Sequence record: OZ035795.1
Direction: 5' to 3' (one strand)
Length of the DNA stretch: 64,000 nt
DNA from: Krischvirus LF73P4
Positions 39,439-48,111 of the stretch are shown one piece after another (position 1 is the first letter of the stretch; each line of letters opens with the position of its first letter). The notes beneath the pieces are model-generated. The model was not told the origin of the DNA. It saw nothing but the letters and a program-made list of their open reading frames with translations, and did not search any database. The position numbers and the translations under genes are program-made.

Positions 39439-39700
39439 TACATGCTTTTAATGCATCAGTCGAGGTGTCATAGCGAGTATTATCATAGCACCAATAACCA
39501 TCTGTCAACTGATAAATTAATCCATCCTTTTTAGCGTCGATGAAAGACAATTCTTTGAAAGTTTCTACTTTCTTTGCTGATACTCCACGGTCACGGCGTT
39601 TATAGAGTTTAGCTAAAATGCGTTCAGCTTGTTCCTCTTTATCGCCAGACAGATCCCAGATGATGTTTCTGATATGCTTGATTAATTGTTCAGTGGTCAT
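39410..39700 (-). CDS. hypothetical protein
   Basis: 96 aa; PeSL upstream. Confidence 0.45.
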   Translation of the reverse strand: MTTEQLIKHIRNIIWDLSGDKEEQAERILAKLYKRRDRGVSAKKVETFKELSFIDAKKDGLIYQLTDGYWCYDNTRYDTSTDALKACNDHLRKTSI

Positions 39701-39761
39701 ATTTGATTCTCCTTAGTTGGTATGGTTATCATTATACGGGGATTTCTCCCCGTGTCAACAA
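39701..39761 (-). promoter_or_regulatory. PeSL-type early promoter/stem-loop cassette
   Basis: TTGACA, spacer palindrome GGGGAGAAATCCCC, TATAAT. Confidence 0.55.
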
Positions 39762-39983
39762 TTAAATGATCTCTGCTTCACCGTTAAGGAAGAAAGACCA
39801 TGTTTTGTTAGGATAACGAAGCGCCCACGATTCAGCAGTTTTAACACCAGCTTCGAACAATTGACGGCTGGTTACTTTAGCCATACCATCTTCGATGGCA
39901 ACGTTTTCAATAATCATCGGGTACTTAGCGCCACGCATGAAACCGAAGCCAGCGGAAGATTTGATAATTTTAACAGTTGCCAT
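39762..39983 (-). CDS. hypothetical protein (paralog of 38256..38516)
   Basis: Trimmed to MATVKII after the conserved leader. Confidence 0.45.
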   Translation of the reverse strand: MATVKIIKSSAGFGFMRGAKYPMIIENVAIEDGMAKVTSRQLFEAGVKTAESWALRYPNKTWSFFLNGEAEII

Positions 39984-40070
39984 TTTTGATTCTCCTAGAA
40001 AGTGTCGTGTTTCGATGGGTGTATTATGCAATAACACCGGATCGCTGTCAACACTTTCTAAGAAAAATTT
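39984..40070 (-). promoter_or_regulatory. PeSL-type early promoter cassette
   Basis: TTGACA-17-CATAAT; conserved leader. Confidence 0.55.
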
Positions 40071-40355
40071 TTAAACTAATCGAATATAGCCCAGAATTTC
40101 AGCACCTTTAGCCAGTCCTAAAACTTCCCATTCAAGGTCGCCGTAGTCATAATTTGCAACCATCAACTGACCATTTTTCATGCAGCAATCATGAGAGAAA
40201 ATTTGCCCCGCATAAACTACGATAGTAATAAACTTTCCTGATTCTGGCGGTGTGGAAGACAAAGCGACCATATGACCATTCAGCTTAGTAACCAGTGATG
40301 GAACAATAAAATTCGGGCTTACCTTAATACCGTTAAATTCGTTTGTGTCTTTCAT
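40071..40355 (-). CDS. hypothetical protein
   Basis: 94 aa. Confidence 0.45.
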   Translation of the reverse strand: MKDTNEFNGIKVSPNFIVPSLVTKLNGHMVALSSTPPESGKFITIVVYAGQIFSHDCCMKNGQLMVANYDYGDLEWEVLGLAKGAEILGYIRLV

Positions 40356-40702
40356 GCCAGACCTCGCAAAACACTAATAGCATAATCATGCTGGTTATTC
40401 ATAATATCAATTGCATTGTGATAACGAGCTAAACCATCAAGGATAAATTCTTGTTTATCCTGTTTCAGTTTGGTATCACGCGCAGCCATAAGAGCATCAA
40501 GAACAGGTCCAAAGTGATTATCTAATTCATCTTCGGTTGCAATGTTTCCTATTGCCTCGTCGATCCGTGATTCTAATGCTTGCTTTTCGTTGATCACTTG
40601 CTGGGTATATTCCAACACATCAAGAATATCGCGGGTAACGTCGCCATGATAAGGTATTCCCGCATGAAGATGATCAATTAATCGCTGAATATCAATGTTC
40701 AT
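40352..40702 (-). CDS. hypothetical protein
   Basis: 116 aa. Confidence 0.45.
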   Translation of the reverse strand: MNIDIQRLIDHLHAGIPYHGDVTRDILDVLEYTQQVINEKQALESRIDEAIGNIATEDELDNHFGPVLDALMAARDTKLKQDKQEFILDGLARYHNAIDIMNNQHDYAISVLRGLA

Positions 40703-41037
40703 TTGTAACCCTCCTCTGAAAGCACATCCCAGATCGTTGAGTCAAGGTGCATTAAATTCCACATAATAGAGTCATAACTACCGAAGCCAGAAGTAAAAAT
40801 TACATCACACTGGCGATAGGTCTTATGAAAATCGGTGGCTGTCTCTGCATCAATCGGCATATCGTCACCTGAAAGCACCAGACATTTAAGAATCATAACT
40901 CTGTTAGCCGTTGGCGCTTGCTTAGTCTTTTCAGCATATTTTTCGATGATCCGTTTTGCCTTTTCTTCTTTGATACGTCCAGACCAAATCCGGTTTCGGT
41001 ATTGATTCATAATAATTTCAATCACATCATTTTGCAT
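40699..41037 (-). CDS. hypothetical protein
   Basis: 112 aa. Confidence 0.45.
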   Translation of the reverse strand: MQNDVIEIIMNQYRNRIWSGRIKEEKAKRIIEKYAEKTKQAPTANRVMILKCLVLSGDDMPIDAETATDFHKTYRQCDVIFTSGFGSYDSIMWNLMHLDSTIWDVLSEEGYK

Positions 41038-41236
41038 TCTTCACGGTCTCCATAATTGTTTTGTAAGCCAGCTTAAGATGATCACCGAAAAACTTTGCAG
41101 TGTTACCCTTCGGATCGCGAAGCATGGTTTCTACGATCTCATCGGCAGTAACAATTTCTCCTTTCTTTGCTGCATGTTCTACCATATACTTCAAAGTTTC
41201 TTCGGAGGCAAGTGCTGCGGCTACTGGATTAATCAT
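41027..41236 (-). CDS. hypothetical protein
   Basis: 69 aa; PeSL upstream. Confidence 0.45.
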   Translation of the reverse strand: MINPVAAALASEETLKYMVEHAAKKGEIVTADEIVETMLRDPKGNTAKFFGDHLKLAYKTIMETVKNAK

Positions 41237-41300
41237 TTTGGTTCTCCTTTGTTGTCGATGTGTGCATTATGCTATACCCTATTCCGGTTGTCAACACCTA
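41237..41300 (-). promoter_or_regulatory. PeSL-type early promoter cassette
   Basis: TTGACA-17-CATAAT; leader GGAGAACCAAA-ATG. Confidence 0.55.
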
Positions 41301-41304
41301 AAAA

Positions 41305-41336
41305 CGAAAAAGCCACCCTTTCGGATGGCTTTTTGA
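41305..41336 (-). terminator. bidirectional-looking terminator
   Basis: AGCCACCC-tttc-GGATGGCT flanked by A-run and T-run. Confidence 0.6.
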
Positions 41337-41564
41337 TTATATTTTATTCACGTCCATTTGTATAGTAGTGTTTGAATCGACCTTTGCTAAACTAGTTAAA
41401 CATAGTAACCAATTCACCATCCCTTTCCAATGATAACCCTTCCTCGTCTTAGACGGGTCTTCCGATTCGGCAGTAATTGAACACGCGAAAGTATGAGGAA
41501 GCCAAATGGTTGTGTTAATGCTAGTTTTCTTTTACTTCTGATATGTATCCCACGGTGACTAACA

Positions 41565-41963
41565 TTAAGCCAGTCGAGTGAGTTTATAAATTGTTTTAAA
41601 GCATAGAGCTTTGATATCGTCTAAAACGCTCTGTAACGAGCTATCAACATCATTATAAATCTCACTAGCCATTTGCGTTAACTCTTGCAAATAGGCAATT
41701 TCGCTAATCTCCTTGCGGACGACCAACTTTGGCTGATAACGACCAGTGATCCCAATATTGGTTTCAGTGAAATTATCAACCAATTCTTGCATTTCAAGAT
41801 AGAACTCTTCTAGAGCCTTATGTTTTGCATAAGATCCAGGACCAGTTACCCCAAAATGCGCAGAATGCATATAAGTAACACTCATCAGACATTCACCGAT
41901 AAAGCGGTCAACTTTATTAGCCTTTCCCTCTTCGGACGTCTTTAGAAAATCACTGAATTTCAT
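41565..41963 (-). CDS. Dps-like ferritin-fold protein
   Basis: Start at MKFSDF after GGAGAA; HSAHF..KHKALEEF..VDNFTE gives H-x11-H-x14-D-x3-E, the spacing of the Dps ferroxidase ligands. Confidence 0.55.
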   Translation of the reverse strand: MKFSDFLKTSEEGKANKVDRFIGECLMSVTYMHSAHFGVTGPGSYAKHKALEEFYLEMQELVDNFTETNIGITGRYQPKLVVRKEISEIAYLQELTQMASEIYNDVDSSLQSVLDDIKALCFKTIYKLTRLA

Positions 41964-42252
41964 GTTCTCGATTCTCCATATTATGCAACAGAACAAATTG
42001 TTGTGCGGCATATCCCCCCATAATAAAACACTGCCTAGAATCCATACATTTACTACGAGCATACATCTTCATAATATGGGCATGAAATTTCTGGCTGGTT
42101 TCAATGGAAGGAGATATTTTGTTTACATATACTATCATTGCGCCGTCGAAATAATCAGTAAAGTCACCAGTTGGATCATATTGATCAGCACTGACACTTC
42201 CGACCGCAGTCAAGCATATTGCCGCTGTTAGAGTTTTACGAATAAATGACAT
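41950..42252 (-). CDS. small secreted protein
   Basis: Signal-peptide-like N-terminus MSFIRKTLTAAICLTAVGSVSA. Confidence 0.45.
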   Translation of the reverse strand: MSFIRKTLTAAICLTAVGSVSADQYDPTGDFTDYFDGAMIVYVNKISPSIETSQKFHAHIMKMYARSKCMDSRQCFIMGGYAAQQFVLLHNMENREHEIQ

Positions 42253-42320
42253 AAGTCATTCCCCCAGATTGAAAATATTCAGTTATATTTATAATCTGGG
42301 GCTTTATTTATGATTAACTC

Positions 42321-42917
42321 TTATTTGGTAGTACCGTCAATAAAATGTTTACGGCACACAGAAACATATTTATCCTCTGCACCAACTTCGATTTGAGCAC
42401 CATCGCGAATAACATTACCCTCTTTATCTACACGAAGGACCATTGTTGCTTTCTTGCCACAATGACAAATACCCTTCATTTCGACCAGTTTATCAGCAAA
42501 TGCCATTAATGCCGCAGATCCTTCAAATAGATTGCCCTGAAAGTCAGTGCGAAGGCCATAGCACAGTACAGGGATATTAGCATCATCAACAAGCGCACAC
42601 AAGCCTAAAACATGCTCTTTAGTCATAAATTGGGCTTCATCTACAAATACTGCATCTGGACGCCATCGATCCGGTCTACGCTTACCTAACGATTCACGAT
42701 AAACCAAATCGAAAAGATCATCCGATTTAGTGAAGGTGATCGCTGGGGCACTTAGGCCAATTCGGGAAACGACTTCACTTTCTGAATCTCGATTATCAAT
42801 CGCTGGCTTAAGAATTAATACTCGCATATCACGTTCGGTATAGTTATAAGCACTTTGTAACAGAGAAGTTGATTTGCCAGCGTTCATAGATGCATAGTAG
42901 AAATATAATTGCGCCAT
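42321..42917 (-). CDS. tk: thymidine kinase
   Basis: P-loop MNAGKST; FVDEAQF; CHCGKKA; collinear with recalled T4 Tk. Confidence 0.93.
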   Translation of the reverse strand: MAQLYFYYASMNAGKSTSLLQSAYNYTERDMRVLILKPAIDNRDSESEVVSRIGLSAPAITFTKSDDLFDLVYRESLGKRRPDRWRPDAVFVDEAQFMTKEHVLGLCALVDDANIPVLCYGLRTDFQGNLFEGSAALMAFADKLVEMKGICHCGKKATMVLRVDKEGNVIRDGAQIEVGAEDKYVSVCRKHFIDGTTK

Positions 42918-43210
42918 TAATTAATCTCCAAAAATCCAACAAGGCCTAAACCGATATAAGTCCAGATACCAATGAAAAAGATGTTAATGCTCATGGCAAG
43001 GATAAACCCTTTCAGAGTTTTGGGATACCCGACCCAATATTCCCGACCATCTTCTAACCGGATCAACTTATTGCCTTGCGAGTCCATATCAACTACAACA
43101 TGTTTATTTCGAGATTGCAATAGATATTGTTTTACAATCTCTACACCCGCCATAATAACAATAACGAAAATAAAAGTCCACACAACAAGATTAATGATAG
43201 TCTCAAGCAT
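42917..43210 (-). CDS. small membrane protein
   Basis: Two hydrophobic segments. Confidence 0.45.
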   Translation of the reverse strand: MLETIINLVVWTFIFVIVIMAGVEIVKQYLLQSRNKHVVVDMDSQGNKLIRLEDGREYWVGYPKTLKGFILAMSINIFFIGIWTYIGLGLVGFLEIN

Positions 43211-43457
43211 TTTCTATCACCTCCACCCAATCAGGTGTTTCCTGAAAGACTCCTTCACCTTCATGATGGTCGCAACCTTTATTGCTACAGTACATCCACC
43301 AATCCCACATTCCCCACGGTAAACGCTGCATATCGTCGTTACAGCAAGTGAAGATGATAGGCCAACCACATCTACCACATCGGCAGTTTTCCTTCATGTG
43401 TGCGCTATTAGGCTTCATATTCAACCACCACAATATTGATATCCGGCGTAAAATCAT
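43203..43457 (-). CDS. Cys/Trp-rich zinc-finger-like protein
   Basis: CRCGRCGW..CC..C..C..H pattern. Confidence 0.4.
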   Translation of the reverse strand: MILRRISILWWLNMKPNSAHMKENCRCGRCGWPIIFTCCNDDMQRLPWGMWDWWMYCSNKGCDHHEGEGVFQETPDWVEVIENA

Positions 43458-43863
43458 TAATAATTTCTTCTACGCATTCCCACTCAAGACCGCCAATCCC
43501 ACAACCAATTTTAGGAATATAGAACGGCTTAACAGTACCTTCAAATGCGGAGTTAAGTTGTTCGAATCCACGGATGATAGCGGAATATTCAGCATTTGGT
43601 CCTGGACGGAATTGCGTATAAAGATTAATACCCATCCAGTTATAACCATTAACGGTATGATGCCAAACATTAAACTCGCCTAGCTTACTCGCCGTTCCTC
43701 TCGGTGTCTTTTTGTCAGTAGCCAATGCTTGCGGGAACTCTTTCGCGATCTTCGCAGCAATACCAGCACCCATAGTATGAAAACAATTACAACCATGAAT
43801 TAAATGACCGTTTCCTTGTTTAAACAGGGCGATGAGATCGCCCTTTACAGTATCAATAATCAT
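43408..43863 (-). CDS. macro-domain protein (ADP-ribose binding/hydrolase)
   Basis: GCNCFHTMGAGIAAKI and IGCGIGGL resemble macro-domain glycine-rich loops. Confidence 0.6.
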   Translation of the reverse strand: MIIDTVKGDLIALFKQGNGHLIHGCNCFHTMGAGIAAKIAKEFPQALATDKKTPRGTASKLGEFNVWHHTVNGYNWMGINLYTQFRPGPNAEYSAIIRGFEQLNSAFEGTVKPFYIPKIGCGIGGLEWECVEEIINDFTPDINIVVVEYEA

Positions 43864-43878
43864 AATATAAACCTCTCA

Positions 43879-44238
43879 TTAGTCACGGGAAGACAACCCA
43901 GCCATAAAACGGCTTAACAGTGTGTCGCGATAAGCAAAGCATAATTGCTTATCAGGGGCAGTATCACAAAGGTTGCGTTTTGTTTTAGCAAAGCTGGCAA
44001 TACTCAGATCCCACGCTCGATTTTTTCGTTTTTCATCTCGACCTTGTTTGTATGCTTCATCAAGTTCGAGCGCGATAAAATCACTACACATGTTATCATC
44101 ATCACAGAAAGTTTTAATGATCTTTTTGTTGATCTCAAATCCTTTGTATTCGAACTTTGGATAAGGGCGCTCATTACTAGCAAGCGCACCAGCCGAGAAC
44201 ATCATAGCAATCATAGCAATTATTGTCAACTTTTTCAT
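43879..44238 (-). CDS. secreted Cys-containing protein
   Basis: Signal-peptide-like N-terminus. Confidence 0.45.
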   Translation of the reverse strand: MKKLTIIAMIAMMFSAGALASNERPYPKFEYKGFEINKKIIKTFCDDDNMCSDFIALELDEAYKQGRDEKRKNRAWDLSIASFAKTKRNLCDTAPDKQLCFAYRDTLLSRFMAGLSSRD

Positions 44239-44245
44239 ATATTCC

Positions 44246-44836
44246 TCAATAGCGTTTAGTCTTAAGAATGCCTTTACTCTTTAGATGGTTAGCCTTTTTT
44301 AGTACATCATCAGCATAACCTAACCCGGCTTTATAGTTCCATCCAGCATTGTAAGAAGCTAGCGCGAGTCGGATATTACCGTTTCGAACATCCAGCCAGT
44401 ATGCTAACTCATCCATCGCGTAGAATGCAGAAACCTCGCGATTCATGATAAAGTTGATAGTCTGGCGATCACTCATTTTAACACCGCGCTTTGCATTTTT
44501 CGCTTTCACCGTTTTAAGGTAATTTTGAAATAATCCATAAGCATGATGATTTTTCTTTGGTGCTAAGTTTGCACCCGCGCTTGATTCTTGCCATGCGATA
44601 CCCGCCAGGATGTGACCTAAACCCTTTCCGTTATAGCGAATATTCGGATGGTCCTTTTTCAACTTACCGCTTTTCTCGAATTGCTCGCCGTATTGATAGG
44701 CGAAATGTAAATTATCTAGTTGGTGTGCTGTAAAGTTGTCTATCGGCGCTTTTTTGATCGGTGCGCTAGTCGATGCGTGTGTAGCACCAACGGCTAGTGA
44801 CAGACTCAATACTATCGCTTTTAGAACTTTTAACAT
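44246..44836 (-). CDS. secreted lytic transglycosylase (SLT domain)
   Basis: Signal peptide; GIAWQESS catalytic-Glu motif; YNAG. Confidence 0.65.
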   Translation of the reverse strand: MLKVLKAIVLSLSLAVGATHASTSAPIKKAPIDNFTAHQLDNLHFAYQYGEQFEKSGKLKKDHPNIRYNGKGLGHILAGIAWQESSAGANLAPKKNHHAYGLFQNYLKTVKAKNAKRGVKMSDRQTINFIMNREVSAFYAMDELAYWLDVRNGNIRLALASYNAGWNYKAGLGYADDVLKKANHLKSKGILKTKRY

Positions 44837-44869
44837 TAATTTCTCCTGTTTGGCTTAACTTTCTGATTC

Positions 44870-44905
44870 CATAATATAGCCCTATCACCAGAAAGTCAAG
44901 CATTA
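44870..44905 (-). promoter_or_regulatory. possible sigma70-like promoter
   Basis: Minus strand TTGACT..TATATT upstream of the transglycosylase gene. Confidence 0.3.
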
Positions 44906-44922
44906 TTTTTAACCAATTTCCA

Positions 44923-45345
44923 TTATTGGTCTACCTTCAAAACAACCGCCGACATTTTACCCGCCAGTCGTTTTGGATTCTCTATAATCATTCGGCAGCA
45001 TAGACCGTGATATGGCTTACCCTCTTCGATTAGATCTACTGTCATCCCGATCCACATGTTACCGTCAGTAATTTCTAATCGATTCGGACGGTCTTCCATT
45101 TTCAGGAAGTCGAAGATCTCCGGCAAACGAGTTTCTATCTTATTGAATAGTTCCATTGTCTTATGTTCATCGATATGACGATCGGTTAGACGGTCGATCA
45201 TATGCGGACTAAAGCGAATGAAAATATACTCACCATAACCATCATTCAAGCACTTTTCTTTGATCTGTGCATTGGTTTTGCGCATTTCGGTTTCGAAGAA
45301 TCTACGCAGCTTACTACGGCGAACATGTACGTTAATTGTTTCCAT
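44923..45345 (-). CDS. regB: RegB site-specific endoribonuclease
   Basis: RSKLRRFFE, RLEITDGNMWIG and CRMIIEN match recalled T4 RegB; start at METINVH after AAGGA. Confidence 0.85.
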   Translation of the reverse strand: METINVHVRRSKLRRFFETEMRKTNAQIKEKCLNDGYGEYIFIRFSPHMIDRLTDRHIDEHKTMELFNKIETRLPEIFDFLKMEDRPNRLEITDGNMWIGMTVDLIEEGKPYHGLCCRMIIENPKRLAGKMSAVVLKVDQ

Positions 45346-45349
45346 TTTA

Positions 45350-45685
45350 TTATCCTTTCTTAAACAAATTGCGAAGCCAGTATACAAACGGGATTTCTTT
45401 AAACTTGAACTTGTCAATAGTTAATTCTTTAGTAGCAAGATGAATACCATAAGCATCATGTGTAACTATATGCCATTTTCTATAGTCCAAATGTGAACAA
45501 CCGTCTGGATCTAGGTTAATAAGAGTTTCTCGCTCACTAGAATTATTTTTCCACAATTTTGTAATAGGATCGCACATAATTCGACCTAGCGTACCATGAA
45601 TAATCTCACAACGGTAAAGTTTTCCAGCAGTGAGATAGGCGCACCCGTCATAGTCGGTATAAACAAACACTTCTTTAACACTCAT
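45350..45685 (-). CDS. small protein, tandem family (copy 3, internally repeated)
   Basis: Start at MSVKEV after GGAGTA; shares motifs with the next two genes. Confidence 0.45.
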   Translation of the reverse strand: MSVKEVFVYTDYDGCAYLTAGKLYRCEIIHGTLGRIMCDPITKLWKNNSSERETLINLDPDGCSHLDYRKWHIVTHDAYGIHLATKELTIDKFKFKEIPFVYWLRNLFKKG

Positions 45686-45745
45686 TTTAATACTCCTTTG
45701 TTGTTTCGATGGGGGTATATTACTACCCCCGATCATGGGTGTCAA
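45686..45745 (-). promoter_or_regulatory. PeSL-type early promoter/stem-loop cassette
   Basis: TTGACA-17-TAATAT; hairpin GGGGGTAGTAATATACCCCC. Confidence 0.55.
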
Positions 45746-45991
45746 CTACTTTTTCAAGATTTTTTTGAGTGCATTCCAAAGACCTTTATTCCCAGGTTGT
45801 TTTGGTTCTTCGATCAGTGTCCATGTTCGACCGTCTAAGTGTGCACAATTTTTAAGACAAATAAAAATCTGGTGTCCCTTATCATCACGGATATAACCAC
45901 TATTCGCAAATCTTTCATGTGGTGTATATTCATACAGTGTATTAGGTGTAATATACTTGCGGTTACTATAAGGTGTCATCACATACATCAT
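45746..45991 (-). CDS. small protein, tandem family (copy 2)
   Basis: ATGA overlap with upstream stop; GYIRDDKGH..HLDGRTWTL parallels copy 1. Confidence 0.45.
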   Translation of the reverse strand: MMYVMTPYSNRKYITPNTLYEYTPHERFANSGYIRDDKGHQIFICLKNCAHLDGRTWTLIEEPKQPGNKGLWNALKKILKK

Positions 45992-46182
45992 GGTACTAAC
46001 TCCCAACGATCACCGCGAAGATGAGAACATCTACCATCAAGAAGTATTGTAATACGATAACCTATATCATCTTTGATGTAACCGATTGTCGGTGGATTTT
46101 CGTCGTCTCGTGCCGGGGTAAAATCATACATCTTTCCGGGCGTAATATCTTGTCCTTTATTGCTATTGGTATAAACTTGCAT
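45988..46182 (-). CDS. small protein, tandem family (copy 1)
   Basis: AGGAGA RBS; GYIKDDIGY..HLRGDRWEL. Confidence 0.5.
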   Translation of the reverse strand: MQVYTNSNKGQDITPGKMYDFTPARDDENPPTIGYIKDDIGYRITILLDGRCSHLRGDRWELVP

Positions 46183-46203
46183 TTTCTTAATCTCCTATAT
46201 TAA

Positions 46204-46902
46204 CTAACCACGGGTATAGTGTTCCAGAACAACTGTCAGATGAATATATTCTAATAGATCTTTCCAAAAGTCAACATCTGGTTCTTCCGGCATACCGTTT
46301 TTCTTTGCCTCTTCACGCGAGAGTTTAACACGCTCGTAGAGATCTTTCAATTCTTCCCGCACATTATCAAAGGTTCTTTCTCCTAACTTACACGCTAAAA
46401 TAGAAGAACGTCGCGCGAGCGGGAATTGTAGATCACCTGTCTGATAGATTTCAAGTAGCTGATAACCAACACGCAGAGCATGAGAAAGATCTTTCCAGTT
46501 ACTGAAATACTTTTCAGATTTGGCTACCTGCTTTTTGAGATAGCCAGACAAACCCCACATACCAACATGATAGAATTTATCTCGATGTGTTCGGATGTAT
46601 TCCCATTCTCTGGAGGATTCAATCAACATGTTACTAGGAGCGTGCACCATGTCAATAGCGCCGATATCGCCTTTACATGCCAGATTGATAAACCGTTTTA
46701 GACTGAACATATTAACATCAATATCGTCTTTGGTGTTCTTGATACCTTGACCGCTAGTGCTTTGGTCATAGTGTTCTTTCATAGATCCTAAGATAATTTC
46801 TTTCGCAGTCGGAACAAAGATACCACGATAATCTTTATCTGAATTTTCAGTATCAAGGCCGTACAAGTGAGATCCGAAGACCATTTTAACCATTGTATGC
46901 AT
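46204..46902 (-). CDS. nucleotidyltransferase-fold protein (Pol-beta superfamily)
   Basis: N-terminal GSHLYGLDTENSDKD fits the G[GS]-x(9-13)-DxD signature. Confidence 0.5.
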   Translation of the reverse strand: MHTMVKMVFGSHLYGLDTENSDKDYRGIFVPTAKEIILGSMKEHYDQSTSGQGIKNTKDDIDVNMFSLKRFINLACKGDIGAIDMVHAPSNMLIESSREWEYIRTHRDKFYHVGMWGLSGYLKKQVAKSEKYFSNWKDLSHALRVGYQLLEIYQTGDLQFPLARRSSILACKLGERTFDNVREELKDLYERVKLSREEAKKNGMPEEPDVDFWKDLLEYIHLTVVLEHYTRG

Positions 46903-46920
46903 AATTAAACCCTCAGTTGA

Positions 46921-47514
46921 TTAAACGTATTCAGCAACAACATTATGTTTAAAATTACCGCTCCTTTTTGGATTTGGATTTTTCAATCGACTATGTATTA
47001 AATTTTTGTTGTATCCGGTTGCTTTAGACGCTTCGCCAATACTTTGATAAACAACACCATTAACACGAATCGGACGAGACTTATTAAACAGTTTATTCAA
47101 TCCGGCATCATATGCATGGTTTTGGTTTTCTTGCCTCGTTGCGATCTCAAGATTCCAAACACAATTACAAGATTTTACCCCACTTTTATGATTAATTTCA
47201 AGACCTTCACAATCACCTATAAAGTGTTCAGCAACTAGTCTATGAATATAGCTATATTTCTTACTTTCCCCATCATGCAAGCATACATTATAATAACCAT
47301 CACCAGCGCGTTTAGGTCGGAGTAGTTTACCTTTAACACGTTTTATAGTAGGGAACTCACCAAATTGATTTCTCTGGATAAACGGAATCTCGCGGTCTAA
47401 TGAACGGATTCGACCATAGTTAGACACTTGATAAAAACTTTCATATCCTTTAATTGGCTTCCATATCTCAGGGATTTCTACACCATCAATAACAACAAGT
47501 TTAAATTCTTCCAT
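46921..47514 (-). mobile_element. free-standing HNH homing endonuclease
   Basis: NUMOD4-like GYESFYQVSNYGRIRS plus HNH region HRLVAEHF..EINHKSG..NLEIATRQENQNH. Confidence 0.75.
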
Positions 47515-47526
47515 ATTTCACCTCAT

Positions 47527-47557
47527 AAAAATAAAGCCAACCCTTTCGGATTGGCTT
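47527..47557 (-). terminator. rho-independent terminator
   Basis: AGCCAACC-ctttc-GGATTGGCT with A-run on plus. Confidence 0.55.
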
Positions 47558-47562
47558 GTCGA

Positions 47563-47976
47563 TTACATAGATTCCGTAAAGGTACGGGTGATAATATCAA
47601 GTTGTTGTTCGCGTGTCAAGGCGTTGAAGCGGGTAGCATAACCACTGATTCGAATTGTAAGCTGCGGGTACTTCTCAGGATGTTCAACCGCATCAAGAAG
47701 AGTCTCCCGACGCAGTACATTCGCGTTGAGATGATGACCCGCGTTACTATTTACCCCGTTATCAATTGCTAAAGGACGGAAGCTAGTTGTGTGCAGTGCC
47801 AGCGAATCGACGTCTTCTGCGGTGATCACATGGTCTTCTGCGAAAGTTTTACTAACAATTACTTTAGCGCCGATCAGTGCTTTCGGTTCGGATACCAGAA
47901 TCATAGGCGCGAAGTGTCCACCAATAATAGTACCTTTATGCTCACCTTTCATGATTTGAATTGCTTTAAATTCCAT
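47563..47976 (-). CDS. GrcA/YfiD-like autonomous glycyl-radical cofactor
   Basis: C-terminus ..[33 protein letters not shown] nearly identical to recalled E. coli GrcA; a T4 homolog (Y06I) is known. Confidence 0.8.
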   Translation of the reverse strand: MEFKAIQIMKGEHKGTIIGGHFAPMILVSEPKALIGAKVIVSKTFAEDHVITAEDVDSLALHTTSFRPLAIDNGVNSNAGHHLNANVLRRETLLDAVEHPEKYPQLTIRISGYATRFNALTREQQLDIITRTFTESM

Positions 47977-48111
47977 AATTCACCTCTTATAGATCAGGAC
48001 GTTCGTCATTAATTTTACCAACCAAAACACCATAGAGTTTATCAGGTTGGACTTTACGATTCTTATTGATTGTAGAACGGAATCGACGAGCTACGCTATC
48101 TTTATTTTTCA

